From contig CM059431.1 in assembly GCA_030390025.1 (NCBI GenBank), positions 141,672,001-141,736,000 of the forward strand: a stretch of DNA of 64,000 bases, written 5' to 3'. This DNA comes from Squalus acanthias (lineage: Eukaryota). Shown here piece by piece: positions 1-12,585 of this stretch (positions are counted from its first letter, which is position 1; each line of letters opens with the position of its first letter). Made by a program: the position numbers and the translations under genes. The notes beneath the pieces were generated by a model. The model worked only from the letters and a program-made list of their open reading frames with translations. It was not told the origin of the DNA and ran no database searches.

Positions 1-263
1 TGTTACAGAATCAATTCCCATCAGTTTCTTTGAAGCCAATAACTGAATATATTTCTAACGGGTTGGTTGGAGGAACATGATCCATCTGCATGTTTTTATC
101 ATTTGATTTGAAATGAGTACTCATAAAAGTATTTGGGTGGGAATTTACTGGATAACAGCACAGCTGTCAATGTTTGCGTAATATTTTCCTGCAGCCAAAG
201 CACACATTGATAACCTGGAACTGTGCGGCGAAGAATCATAAAGGGGAAAAAAGTTAAAAACTT

Positions 264-337
264 CGTCCGTGGGTCGGCTCAAACCACAAACTTTGCGCTT
301 AACAGCCGAACATGCTAACCGATTACGTCACAAAGAC
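264..337 (-). pseudogene. tRNA-Asn-GTT: Decayed tRNA-Asn(GTT) gene
   Basis: Reverse complement GTCTTTGTGACGTAATCGGTTAGCATGTTCGGCTGTTAAGCGCAAAGTTTGTGGTTTGAGCCGACCCACGGACG aligns end to end with vertebrate tRNA-Asn(GTT) as I recall it, with about 12 substitutions (T-loop TTCGA>TTTGA, broken stems). T-runs follow on the minus strand (Pol III terminator-like, 247-260). Confidence 0.85.
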
Positions 338-1134
338 CGCCAGATCGGTTACTGCAAAATCCCCTAAACCAGGGTGTCAGAGAGTTAAAGTTACAGATTG
401 CTGCGACCGGAGTAGCAATTGCCCACTCTCAGTTTTACATTTCCAAATTAAAGAATGGGACATTCATTGTGAGCACACAGAGACTGTCTGGTCCCGCACA
501 CTGCAGACACACCCATGGCACCGTGAACCAGCTCTCCTGCAACCGGTGCCGTCTCCCTTCCAGACTTTCGGTGCCTTGTTTGATTGTGAAGTAATCTGAT
601 TGTCCCGATTTTAATTTCTGATCAGGACTAATGAGAAACCATTAAATGGCTCGGAACAGTAAATTGCACAGATAAAATAATTACATTTTGTGGAAGATGT
701 GTATAATATGATCCGTTGCTCCACTGGGCCAGGGCGGAACTTACAAACTTGGACAGGTGGAATAGTTGGGAGCAACTTTCAATGTTCAATGACCCACCGT
801 AAAATATATTCTGGATAGAAGAAGGAGAACCCTTTTTTTTTAGTTTCAAGAATTAACAGATGATAAAAACATCCAAGGTGCCCCTTTGTGTGTTTATTGA
901 GCTATAACTGCACTGTTCATGCGATGTACTCTGCCTTGGTCCGGATCTTATACTTAATAATTAATGGTGGCCTCAATCCGGTGTCAGGACTGAACCTAAC
1001 AGATTCAAAGGGGAGTGAGACTCTCTTGAGCAGGTTGTCTCATTTCATTTCCTATTGAATTCAACTTGAACACTGTTTCACAGTCCAAAATTCTCCTGTT
1101 CGGAACCCCCCACCCGACCGTGCTTTCCACCGAC

Positions 1135-4100
1135 ACATTGAGAGCGCGGACCTGAGCGGGAGCGGAGGCAACGGCAGCAGCAGAAAGGGACGTGAGCGGC
1201 GAATCAAAGAAAACACAAGGCGTGACGTTACAGGATAGCTGGTAACTGATTGTTTTTTTTCTCTTCAATTACGGGGTGGGGTTAAATAGCTGCTTGGGGA
1301 TAAAGTAGGAGCTTGGAGATTAGCAACTGTTAATACTATGTTAAATTAGTAACTGTTAATACTATGTTAAATTAGTAACTGTTAATACTATGTTAAATTA
1401 GTAACTGTTAATCCTATATTAAATTAGTAACTGTTAATCCTATATTAAACTAGTAACTGTTAATACTATGTTAAATTAGTAACTGTTAATACTATGTTAA
1501 ATTAGTAACTGTTAATACTATGTTAAATTAGTAACTGTTAATCCTATATTAAACTAGTAACTGTTAATACTATATTAAATTAGTAACTGTTAATACTATG
1601 TTAAATTAGTAACTGTTAATACTATATTAAACTAGTAACTGTTAATACTATGTTAAATTAGTAACTGTTAATCCTATGTTAAATTAGTAACTGTTAATAC
1701 TATGTTAAATTAGTAACTGTTAATACTATGTTAAATTAGTAACTGTTAATACTATGTTAAATTAGTAACTGTTAATACTATATTAAATTAGTAACTTTTA
1801 ATACTATGTTAAATTAGTAACTGTTAATACTATGTTAAATTAGTAACTGTTAATACTATATTATTTTAATTTCTTGAATTAGATACATCTTAGTCTTAAG
1901 TTTCTGTAAAGTTAGTTAATAGTCGAATAAATAAAGGCATGGCAGGGCAGCTCGGTGGAATGCGCATGCTGTGCCATGTGGGAACTCCAGGACGCGTCCA
2001 GTATCCTGGACAACCACATGTGCAGGAGGTGATGTCAGCCAGAGGAGCTCGAGCTCCGGGTATCAGAGCTTAAACAGCCGCTGGCATCACTGCGGTGCAT
2101 CCACAAGGCTGAGAGCTACGTGGAAAGCACGTTTCAGGAGGTGGTCACCCCGCAGCTAAGGAGAGTGCAAGCAGAGAGGGAATGGGTGACCAGCAGACTG
2201 AAAAGGAGAACCAGGCAGGTAGTGCAGGAGTCCCCTCTGCATCTCGCTCTGCAACCAGTATTCTTTTCTGAGTACTGGCGAGAGCGATGGTTCCTCTGGG
2301 GAGTACAGCCAGAGCAAAGTCCATGACATCACGCGTGGCTCAGCTGTGCAGGGGTGAGGGAGAAATATAGGGAAAGCAATAGTGGTAGGGGATTCGATAA
2401 TTAGGGGAGCAGACAGGCGTTTCTGCGGCCACAGACGACTCCAGGATGGTATGTTGCCTCCCTGGTGCCAGGGTTAAGGATGTCACCGAGCGGCAGCAGA
2501 ACATTCTGAGGGGCGAAGGTGAGCAGCCAGAGGTTGTGGTCCATATTGGTACCAACGACATAGGTAGAAAGAGGGATGAGGCCCTGCAAGCAGATTACAG
2601 GGAGCTTGGAAAGAGATTAAAAAGCACTGGATTATTCCCAGTGCCAAGCGTGACTGAGTATAGAAATAGGAGGACAGAGCAAATGAATGCGTGGCTAGAG
2701 AGATGGTGCAGGAGGGAGGGCTTCAGATTCCTGGGACATTGGGGCCGGTTCTGGGGGAGGTGGGACCTGTACAGTCCGGACGGATTGCACCTCAACAGAG
2801 CCGGTTCCAATATTCTCACGGGGAGGTTTCCTAATGCTGTTGGGGTTGTTTAAAGCTAAACTGGCAGGGGGATGGACACCAGTATGTAGCATTAGAAGGA
2901 GAAACAAAGTGCACAAAGGATTGGGACAGACGGATAGCACTAAAGTAAGAAATAGTAAGGTATTTGGTGGGCTCAGCCTAAGAGAGAACACAGGATGGTC
3001 TAAGATAGGTTTACAGTGTATGTATGTGAACGCCCGAATTATTGTAAACAAGGTTGGTGAGCTGCAGGCGCAAATAGCCACATGGGAATATGATGTCGTG
3101 GCAATAATGGAGACCTGGCTCAAAAAAGGGCAGGATTGGATATTAAATATTCCTGGACATAAGGTGTTCAGGAAAGATAGGAGGTGTGGTGGCAGTATTG
3201 GTTAAGGAGAATGTTACAGTGCTGGAGAGAGAGGATGTCCTGGAGGGGTCAAGGACAGAATCTATATGGCGAGAGTTAAGAAGCAATAGAGGTACCGTTA
3301 CACGACTAGGTGTATTCTATAGGCCACCAACTAGTGGAAAAATATGGAGGAGCAAATTTGCAGAGAAATTACAGAGAAATGCAAGAACTATAGAGTAGTG
3401 ATAATGGGGGACTTCAACTATCCTAATATAGACTGGGATAGTAATAGTGTAATGAGCAGAGACGGGGAAGAATTTCTGAAATGTGTTCAGGAGAACTTTC
3501 TTGATCAATATGTTTCCAGTCCAACGAGGGAGGAGACATTCCTGGGTCTGGGTCTGGGGAAAGAAGTCGGTCAAGTGGAGCAAGTGTCAATAGGTGAACA
3601 TTTAGAGCACAGTGATCATAGTATCATAAGGTTTAGATTAACTATGGAAAAGGACAGGGAGCAATCTAGAGTAAAAATAATTAATTGGAAGAAGGGCAAT
3701 TTCAGTGGGATGCGAACGGATCTGGCTCGGATAAATTAGAATCATAGACCGGCAGGCAAAACTGTAATGGAACATATGGGCTGCCTTTAAAGAGGAAATA
3801 GTTCGGGTACATCGAAGTACATTCTCACTAAGGGGAATGGTAGGGCAACCAAAGTCAGAGCTCCCTGGATGACAAAAGAGATAGAGAGTAAGCTGAAACG
3901 GAAAAAGAGCGCGTATAACAGATGTCAGGTCGAGAATGCATCTGGGAATCAGGCTAAATATAGAAAGATCAGAGGAGCAGTGAAAAGGAAAATAAGAGGG
4001 ACTAAGAGAGGTTATGAGAATAGAGTGGCAGCCAACATAAAAGGTAATTCAAAAGTCGTCTATAGGCATTTCAATATTAAACGGGTAGTAAGAGGATGGG

Positions 4101-4379
4101 GGGTGGGGGAATCAGGGACCAAAAAGGAGACCTATGCATGGAAGCAGAGGGTATGGCTGAGGTACTAAATGAGTACTTTGCATCTGTCTGTACCAAGGAA
4201 GAAGATGCTGCCAAAGTCATAGTGAAAGAGGAGATAGCAGAGATACTGGATGGGCTTAGAATTGATAAAGACGAGGTACCAGAAAGACTGGCTGTAATTG
4301 AAGTAGATAAGTAACCAGGACTGGATGGGCTGCATCCTAGGACGCTGAGGGAAATGAAGGAACAAATCGCAGAGGTACT
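1135..4379 (+). mobile_element. CR1 LINE, 5'-complete but 3'-truncated (5'UTR, ORF1 with SGNH esterase, ORF2 endonuclease part), decayed
   Basis: ORF1 starts near 1939 with a Cys-rich start, then GDSIIRG...VCCLPGARVKDV...VVVHIGTND...DGLHLN (SGNH blocks). ORF2 APE motifs CMYVNAR, ETWL, MGDFNYPNIDW and SDH follow, with frameshifts. It stops abruptly after PGLDGLHPRTLREMKEQIAEVL, before the RT core. The 5' boundary is approximate. Confidence 0.9.
1325..1862. repeat. AT-rich 26-bp minisatellite (GTTAATACTATGTTAAATTAGTAACT), ~20 copies, upstream of CR1 ORF1
   Basis: Directly visible tandem units. Confidence 0.95.
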
Positions 4380-5736
4380 CGCCCATCTTCCTTGCTGTGG
4401 GCTTCTCTGAGGAGTTTCAGGATGTCCCCGGGATCTGGAGTCAGGAATTGTGAGAGTGCGGCTACAAACTCTTGGATGGTGAGGTGCGGGAATGTGTACA
4501 CCACGCTCTGGGCAGAATCAGCTCTCTCCAAAAGTTCCATCATGAACCCAGACAGGAACTGGGAAGGTTGCAGATTGTACTTGATCAAATCTCCATTTCT
4601 AAACACAATCTTCTTCTCGGAGACTCCAGTGAAGGCCATCTCACCAAGCTTCAGTAACACATCACGGGGGCTTTCAATCTCTCGACCGTGGTTTTTCAGA
4701 ATGTTGTAGATATAGTAGGAATATAGTTGGGTGATGGTCCTGGGAAGTCGCTGCTGATTCCTGTCTCTTTGTGTAAAGAAGGGACCCAGTGCTAGACCGA
4801 GGATGAAGCAGTAGGAAGGGTTGTAGCTCATGGTGTACAGGATCTCGTTCTCCTCCACGTGTTTGAAAACTGCTGCTGCCACCGTCTGATCTTCAAAATA
4901 CTTGTTGAAATATTCCTTCCGTTCTTCACCAACAAATCCCAGGATTTCAGCCCAGACACGGATCTCAGCCTTTTCCAATAAATGTAATGCAGTGGGGCGG
5001 CTGGTCACTAGCACTGAACATCCTGGGAGCAGCTTGTGCTGTATTAAACTGTACACAATGTCAGACACTTCACACCAGTCCTCGGGATCTGTGCACATGG
5101 ACTGAGGTTCTGTATTTCTCCGATTGTCAGCAAAATCGATACTGTCCTTGAATTCATCCAGCCCATCGAATATAAACAGCAATCCCTCTGGGTTCTTCCA
5201 GAGCTCTCCCAGAATATTCCCAAAGTAAGGATACAGATCCAGTATCAGATTCCTCAGGTTTATTCCACAGTTAATAGCGTTCAAATCCCGGAATTTAAAG
5301 CTGAAAACAAATTGAAAGTGTGGGTATATTTTCCCAGTGGCCCAGTCATGAACAATCTTTTGTACCATTGTTGTTTTTCCAATCCCCGGGACTCCGCTCA
5401 CTGCTGCTGAACTCCCAGAATTGGATTGCCGGAAGAAACTCTGAATTTTCTGGAACAAACCTCCTCTCCGGGAAAAACTGCTCTGGAAAAATTGATCAGT
5501 TCGGATTTTTTCCAGTTCTCCCCGGAGATGTTGCTCTCTCCACTCTTCATGGTCTCGGCCTCTTGCCAGCAGTTCATGTTCTGCAAGTGTCCGATCTCGA
5601 ACAGTAGAAATGACCGTTAGCTCAGCGTATCGATCAACCAGCTGCAAAATCTTAACCTTCTCCTTTATTAGGATAGTGTTCACTCTCAGTGTTTCAGTTT
5701 GTACCCGGAGTGTTTCCTTGTGTTTCTGTTGAACAT
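4337..5736 (-). CDS. NLR-A coding exon 5: NACHT NTPase plus winged helix, truncated in HD2; last ~13 codons and stop come from antisense CR1
   Basis: Acceptor gaag|ATGTTCAA (phase 1, DVQQKHKETL). Motifs: RYAELTVIS, Walker A GVPGIGKTT, Walker B LLFIFDGLDE, VLVTSRP, WAEILGF, YNPSYC, FPHLTIQEFVAA. No internal stops. Confidence 0.93.
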
Positions 5737-6186
5737 CTTCAATTAGAAGAGACAGAAAGTGGTTCTCAATGTTAGTTGTATTGACAAAAAAACAACTTCT
5801 CAACACCCCTTTATTATTCATTGAAATGTTGCAAGTATGAATTTACAGCTTTAATAGACGTGTGTGTAGAAATTAAACTCAGTTAATGGAAACCTGGCCT
5901 TAAAGTGAGCAATGGCTGAGAAAAATTTCAAACCCTCACTTGATTCTAACATTCACTGAAGATGGAGATTACTATGAAGGTGATTTTTTCCCTCTGATGG
6001 TTAATACTGTCCGACCTGCCCTGTGCTATAGAAATCTCATTATAAATCCACACATGATCCTGGTTATATGACAGCAGTGGTTCTAGTGGATCAATATGTG
6101 AAACGGTCAGTGGAGTTTCCCTTCTGCCGCAATGGATTGGTTGCACATCGAGAGGGGCAATGTGCAAAAGATCCACTGTTACTCTA

Positions 6187-6365
6187 TCAGGCCTTGGGCA
6201 GGTTATCTGGGGTAGTGTGGGCACTGGGAGAGGGACAGTCTGTGAATGTACAGAAGTTCCACCGATAGTGTGTCAGGTCCTGGGCAGGTTATCTGGGGTA
6301 GTGTGGGCACTGGGAGAGGGAGACTGTGAAAGGAGAGAACTTCCACCGTTATTGTGTCAGGTCCT
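6187..6365. repeat. ~85-bp tandem duplication (~2 copies), NLR-A intron
   Basis: GGGCAGGTTATCTGGGGTAGTGTGGGCACTGGGAGAGGGA is repeated. Confidence 0.85.
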
Positions 6366-7429
6366 GTGTGTGCTTCTAATTACCTAATCACAGGAAGAAT
6401 GTTATTGTAATGGTGAAGATGCAGAGAGAAATAAGATGATTATGCCACAATTAAGGCAGAGGAAAGGGTGCGGTGTTAGATTTGGTTCGTTTGGAATTAG
6501 AGACTTTGGATATTGAATTATTGATCAGAATTTCTAACGGAATTCACAAAATTAATGCCAGAATGAAATTAATAATGATCACAATTAATTAAGAGAAAAG
6601 TGACACTAAGATGCCAGGAGAAAGAAGGGAAGTCAGGGTAATCTTTTTCACCAAAGAGTAATAGAGTGGGAGATCAGTTACCAGGGAGGACACTAAGGGG
6701 CAGTGTAATTGGGAACAAGAGACAATTGGTTGTGTTTCTGTGGATACTCAGAGGAGGGGCAGGTGGGTTCATCTCTAACAGGGACAGACTTGTTTGGACC
6801 AAAGTGACCTTTTGTTCCCCTAAACATCCTCCTGTTGTGTTTCAGAAAATGTGAACAGTTTTGCAGTAATTTTACACCTATATTATTTTTATATAAAAGT
6901 CTCGTCAGAAAACCGATCAGAATCAGAAATAGAACTACTGCCCACTTCACTCAGTATTACGTCAGGGAAGAAAAGACAGAGTTAATTTCAACAGTTACAA
7001 TTATTACATTCTATCGTTTCATTTGGATACGAGTTTCCTACAATGTAGTTTTGAAAATTACAAATATGTTTTTGATAATCAGTAAATTGGGAATCAAAAG
7101 CCTCCTGAATGAAAGGACGCTTCCTTCAGTACAACAAGTTTCTCTGTGCCTAGTTTGTCTGTTTCTCTGCCAGTGTGAATCGGTCCAATCAGTTTCTAAT
7201 CACGCATAACATTGCCTTTATCTCATGTACCTCCTCGGTTAATGTTTGATTGAGTGAACATCTGTAGAGCTTCTCAGATTGGATTGAACACGATTAGACG
7301 GTTCATGACGTGAGGCACAATGGTAATACTTAAATCTTTCCCATTTCTCGGCCACTCTTCCGACAGTTTGTGCTGGATAGAAACCCAGGGGCAGAGTAAC
7401 TTCCACATCAGGCTCAAGGACCTATGTCA

Positions 7430-8625
7430 CAGGGTATAATGATCTGGCCAGGTGTCTATGGAGTTTCACAGTGTATCAGGATGCTGCCAGGGGTTCATGT
7501 TTTAGGATCCTGCAAGTTGTGTCTGGTGATTCACAATGTCAGGTTCCGTACAGGTGTGTATGGAGTTTCAGTGTATCAGGATCCTGCCAGGTGTGTATGG
7601 GGTTTCACAGTGTATCAGGGTCCTCCTAGTTGTGTATGGGGTTTCACAGTGTATCAGGATCCTGCCACGTGTGTATGGGGTTTCACAGTGCATCAGAATC
7701 CTGCCAGTTGTGTATGGGGTTTCACAGTGTATCAGGATCCTGCCAGGTGTGTATGGGGTTTCACAGTGCATCAGAATCCTGCCAGGTGTGTATGGGGTTT
7801 CACAGTGTATCAGAATCCTGCCAGGTGTGTATGGGGTTTCACAGTGTATCAGAATCCTGCCAATTGTGTATGGGGTTTCACAGTATATCAGGATTCTGCC
7901 AGGTGTGTATGCGGTTTCACAGTGTATCAGGATCCTGCCAGGTGTGTATGGGGTTTCACAGTGTATCAGGAATCTGCCAGGTGTTTATGGGGTTTCACAG
8001 TATATCAGGATCCTGCCAGGTGTGTATGGGGTTTCACAGTGTATCAGGATCCTGCCAGGTGTGTATGGGGGTTTCACAGTGTATCAGGATCCTGCCAGGT
8101 GTGTATGGGGTTTCACAGTGTATCAGGAATCTGCCAGGTGTGTATGGGGTTTCACAGTGTATCAGGAATCTGCCAGGTGTGTATGGGGTTTCACAGTGTA
8201 TCAGGATCCTGCCAGGTGTGTATGGGGATTCACAGTGTATCAGGATCCTGCCAGGTGTGTATGGGGTTTCACAGTGTATCAGGATCCTGCCAGGTGTGTA
8301 TGGGGTTTCACAGTGTATCAGGAATCTGCCAGGTGTGTATGGGGTTTCACAGTGTATCAGGAATCTGCCAGGTGTGTATGGTGTTTCACAGTGTTTCAGG
8401 ATCCTGCCAGGTGTGTATGGGGTTTCACAGTGTATCTGGATCCTGCCAGGTGTGTATGGGGTTTCACAGTGTTTCAGGATCCTGCCAGGTGTGTATGGGG
8501 TTTCACAGTGTATCTGGATCCTGCCAGGTGTGTATGGGGTTTCACAGTGTATCTGGATCCTGCCAGGTGTGTATGGGGTTTCACAGTCTATCAGGATCCT
8601 GCCAGGTGTTTATGGGACTTCACAA
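7430..8625. repeat. 39-bp minisatellite (GGGGTTTCACAGTGTATCAGGATCCTGCCAGGTGTGTAT), ~30 copies, NLR-A intron 4
   Basis: Visible tandem units; produces spurious 13-aa repeat ORFs in all three + frames. Confidence 0.95.
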
Positions 8626-8893
8626 GTGATAGAGATCAGCAGCTGGATTTTGTGAAATGATAGTAACGTCCGCATATTTACAGGAAATGTCAGAAATGGT
8701 CTGAATTGTATCTTGAACCAATACAGAATAGTTTTGGATTGATGACAAATCTAAATGACATCCAATCCTATTTGTCCAGTCTTTGAACTTCTGATTCCCA
8801 GATTCTGACAACCTCTAAAGAAAGGGCTACAGTCAAACATTCTGATTCTCAGAAGTGAGATAATAGTTTTTAAATCTGAATTTCCTCAATTAC

Positions 8894-8959
8894 CTTTCAG
8901 GTGCATGGGTATTTCGGATAAACCTCGTGCGATGTTCATATAATCAAATGGACTGGAAC
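8894..8959 (-). CDS. NLR-A coding exon 4 (linker, GSSPFDYMNIARGLSEIPMHLK)
   Basis: ttaaacag|GTTCC...CTGAAAG|gtaatt; 66 nt, phase 1/1; keeps frame between exons 3 and 5. Confidence 0.85.
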
Positions 8960-9062
8960 CTGTTTAAATCAATTAACTTTCATGAAATCAGATCTGTGTA
9001 ATATTATAGTAAAGTCTTCAGTGTTTAAATTAATATTTGAATTCAGTGTGATTTTACCGTAC

Positions 9063-9234
9063 CGTGTTCCTGTATTTCTTTCAGTATTTTGTCCAGCTTT
9101 GGTACCCCATGGCGCATTTTCACAAAGGATTCCCACATCACCCTTCGGGCCCTAGAGCCTTTCTCCATCACCAGGTTTAGGAGAAGTTTGGAACTGTCCG
9201 CCCGGTTTCCCTTCTCCACGAGATCAGTGACTTT
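9063..9234 (-). CDS. NLR-A coding exon 3 (C-terminal half of CARD-like death fold)
   Basis: ttacag|AAAGTC...GAACACG|gtacgg; KVTDLVEKGNRADSSKLLLNLVMEKGSRARRVMWESFVKMRHGVPKLDKILKEIQEHG; phase 0/1. Confidence 0.88.
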
Positions 9235-10009
9235 CTGTAAAGAATAATAATGAATGTATTGAGGAGCGGAGAATGAGAGGGAAAGGATCTGCTTTGTGAT
9301 GGGATCTCCCAGTTGTTTTGAGCTGAGAAAGCAATCACTGGGCCGGGTACTGACACATTCTGAACATGGGCTGAATATTCGGTAAACATCTTGATTCACC
9401 ATTAACGACAAAGAAATGTGATGAATTATGTTTCCAGGAGAGAAAGGAATCACTGAGAATCTGCAGCAGTTTGAATGTGATTCGTTTTCTCTCTCCTTTC
9501 GTGTCCAACATGACATCAGATTACTGATTGACGATATGATACACTCGTTTCTCACATTTTTTCCTGGTGCCGCACTTTGTGATTTAATTAGAAATAAAGC
9601 AGTAGCGAGTCAGAACTCCAGTTACAGGGAAGGAACGAATCTGAAGTGAGAGAAACAGCGAGAAAACTGTCTGAAAAATTATCGCTGACTAATCGAAACA
9701 ATCACTGTTGATGTATCGGCGGGCCGGAGAATCGACCAATTAAAATAAAGATGAGAAATCAAATCATTTGTTCCCTCGGTAATTAAAATGGCACCCATTA
9801 TTTGACACATCCGCTGCCGGTATGAAACCTCGGTAACCGGGAACAGATATCAGCAATGGGGTTGGTATAGTCAGGACTTTCTTCCTCAAAGCTTAGATTT
9901 ATATAACACCTTTAAAGCAGAAAATAAATCGTCGAAAGGCACTTCACAGAGGTGCAATCAGACAATGGATACAGAGACGGCGAGGCGTCGAGTACGAGAG
10001 CGTGTTGAT

Positions 10010-12010
10010 TAAGTTACTGGACGAGTAATCCAGAGATAATGGTTCAAATCAATTCGTTGTCGTTTCCTGAATTTGAATTTATATTCGAATCTGAAACATT
10101 TCAAAATAAATAGCTGGTATTAGTAAAGATTGTCGTAAAACCTAATGTCCTTTACGTCTGGTCTATACGTGACTCCAGTCCTTCACCAATGTGGTGGCCT
10201 CTCAAATGGCGGAGAAAGCCTCTAGAAAGAAAGATATAGAAGAATAAAACCAGGCGGACCGCTCGGCTTCGGCACTGGATTCAGAGACGACAAAGGGACA
10301 CCCAGCCCAGTCAATCCTGTAAAGCCCCCCTCACTAACTCCTGGGGACTGGTGCCAAAGTAGGGAGCAGTGGACCACATAATAGTCAAGCAACGTTCTGA
10401 TGTAGTGATAGTTATAAAATCATATTTATCAGCCAACGTCTCAGGCTCCTCCATCAGCATTCATCGGTATTTCCTGTCCCACCGCAGGACAGACCCACCA
10501 GTGGTGGGTCACAGTGATATACCCTCAGGTGCAAGTGCCCTGGGAATCATTAACTTTGACTCCGGAGCCAATGAAATCTCATGCCTTCAGGTCAAACATG
10601 TGCAAGGAAACCTCCTGTTGATTCCCACCTTCCCTCAGCCAATTAATCAGTACTCCTCAATTTTGAACACAACTTGAAGGAAGCACTAAAGGTACCAAAA
10701 GGTGCAGAATGTACATTAGGTGGGAGATTTCATGTCTATTTCCCAGCTAATTCGATATCAAGAAAAAAATGAATGCACTGCGCACAGCAAATGCTACAGG
10801 TCCCAACAACGTTCCGGCTGTAGTGTTGAAGATCTGTGCTCTGGAACTAACTGCACCTCTAGTCAAGTTGTTCCAGTACATCCAGAACACTGGTGTCTAC
10901 CCAACAATGTAGAGAATTGTCCAGGTATGTCCTGTCCACAAAAATCAGGACAAATCCAACCCATGCAATTACCGCCCTATCAGCCTGCTCTCAATCATCA
11001 TGAAAGTGTTGGAAGGAGTCATCAACAGTGTTATCAAGCAGCATTTAATCACAAATAAACTGCTCACCGAGGCTCAATTTGAGATCCACCAGGACCAATC
11101 GGCTCCAAACATGGACCAAAGAACTGAATTCCAGCTGAGGTGAGAGTGACGGTGCTTAACATCAAGGCAGTGTTCGACGTGTGTGGCACCATGGAGTGTG
11201 GTTGTTGGAGGCGAATCGTCTCAGCACCAGGACATCACTGCAGGAGTTCCTCGGGGCAGAGTCTTCGGACTAACTATTTCAGCTGCTTCATCAATTACCT
11301 TCCCTCCATCATAAAGCCAGGAGTGGGGATGTTCACTGATGATTGCACACAGTGTTCAGCTCCATTTTCAATTCGTCAATGGTCGCATGCAGCAAGTCCT
11401 GGACAAAATCCAGGCTTGGGCGGACAAGTGGCAAGTAACATTCGCGCCACACAAATGCCAGGCAATGCCCATCTCCCACAAGAGTGTCCAACCATGTCCA
11501 TTTGTCATTCAGTGGCATTGCCAACGTCTATTCCCTACCATTGACTAGCCACATAAATCTCGTGGCTACGAGAGCAGGTAAGAGGCTGGGTATTCTGTGG
11601 AGAGTGTCTCACCTCCTGGCCACCCAGAAGCCTCTCCTGCACCTACAAGGTACAACTGCGGTGTGTGATGGAAAACTCTCCACTTGCCTGGATAGGTGCA
11701 GCTGCAACAACACTCAAAAAGATCCACGCAATCCAGGACAAATTAATACCCTTGATCGGCAGTCCACCCGCCACCTTAAACAGCCATTCCCTCCACCAAC
11801 GGTGCACCATAGCTGCAGTGTGTACTATTTACAGAAAGCACTGCAGCAGTTCACCAAGGCTTCTTTGACAGCACCTCCCAAACACGCGCCCTCTGCCACC
11901 TAGAAGGACAAGAACAGCATGTGCATGGGAACCCCATCAGCTGCAAGTTCTACTTCAAGTCAGAGACCATCCTGAATTGAACATATATCGCCGTTCCTTC
12001 ATCGTCACTG
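10010..12010 (+). mobile_element. Heavily decayed LINE (CR1/L2 group) with a tRNA-SINE-like 5' segment
   Basis: Remnants VKQRSDVVIVIKSYL (endonuclease), GMFTDDCT (RT), QVLDKIQAWADKWQVTFAPHKCQAM and MENSPLAWIGAAATTLKK. 10010-10230 resembles the SINE at 61.25 kb. Confidence 0.7.
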
Positions 12011-12204
12011 TAAATTGAGAGCCAAAACGTCCAGCGCCGGCTACAGAGGGAACAGGACAAGCAACAGAATGTTTCCTTAACCAATCAGATTGAGGAATCC
12101 TTACTGATGCTCGCAAAGTCTGAACCAGAAACTTTCAGTTAGGATAAAGAATTGAATGACAGATCACGTGCAGAAAGTGAAATAAAGAGGGAAAGAAAGA
12201 TTGA

Positions 12205-12585
12205 TTCAGATTGGATCTCACTGAAACATACAAAATTCTTACAGGGCTCGACAGGGTAGATGCAGGGAGGATGTTTCCCTGGCTGGGGAATCTAGAATCA
12301 GGGGTCACAATGTCAGAATAAGGGGTCGGCCATTTAGGACTGAGGTGAGGAGAAATTTCGTCACTCACAGGCTGGTGAATCTTTGCAATTATCTACCCCA
12401 GAGGGCTGTGGAGGCTCAGTCGTTGAATATATTGAAGACAGAGATCGATAGATCTTTGAATATTAAGGGAATCAATGGATATCGGGGATAGTGCAGGAAA
12501 GTGGAGATGAGGTGGAAGATCAGCCATGGTCTTATTGAATGGCGGAGCAGGCTCGAAGGGACATTTGGCCTGCTCATGTTTTTAT
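12205..12585 (+). mobile_element. CR1 3'-end fragment
   Basis: Matches 3' ends of other CR1 copies in the window (e.g. 35800-36180). Confidence 0.85.

Noticed and set aside
4337..5821. 494-aa ORF starting at 5821 as a single-exon gene
   Set aside because: The first ~28 codons are intronic; the phase-compatible acceptor is at 5737.
7424..8660. Cys-rich 13-aa repeat ORFs in three frames
   Set aside because: Artefact of a stop-free 39-bp unit; a 1-nt indel switches frames mid-array.
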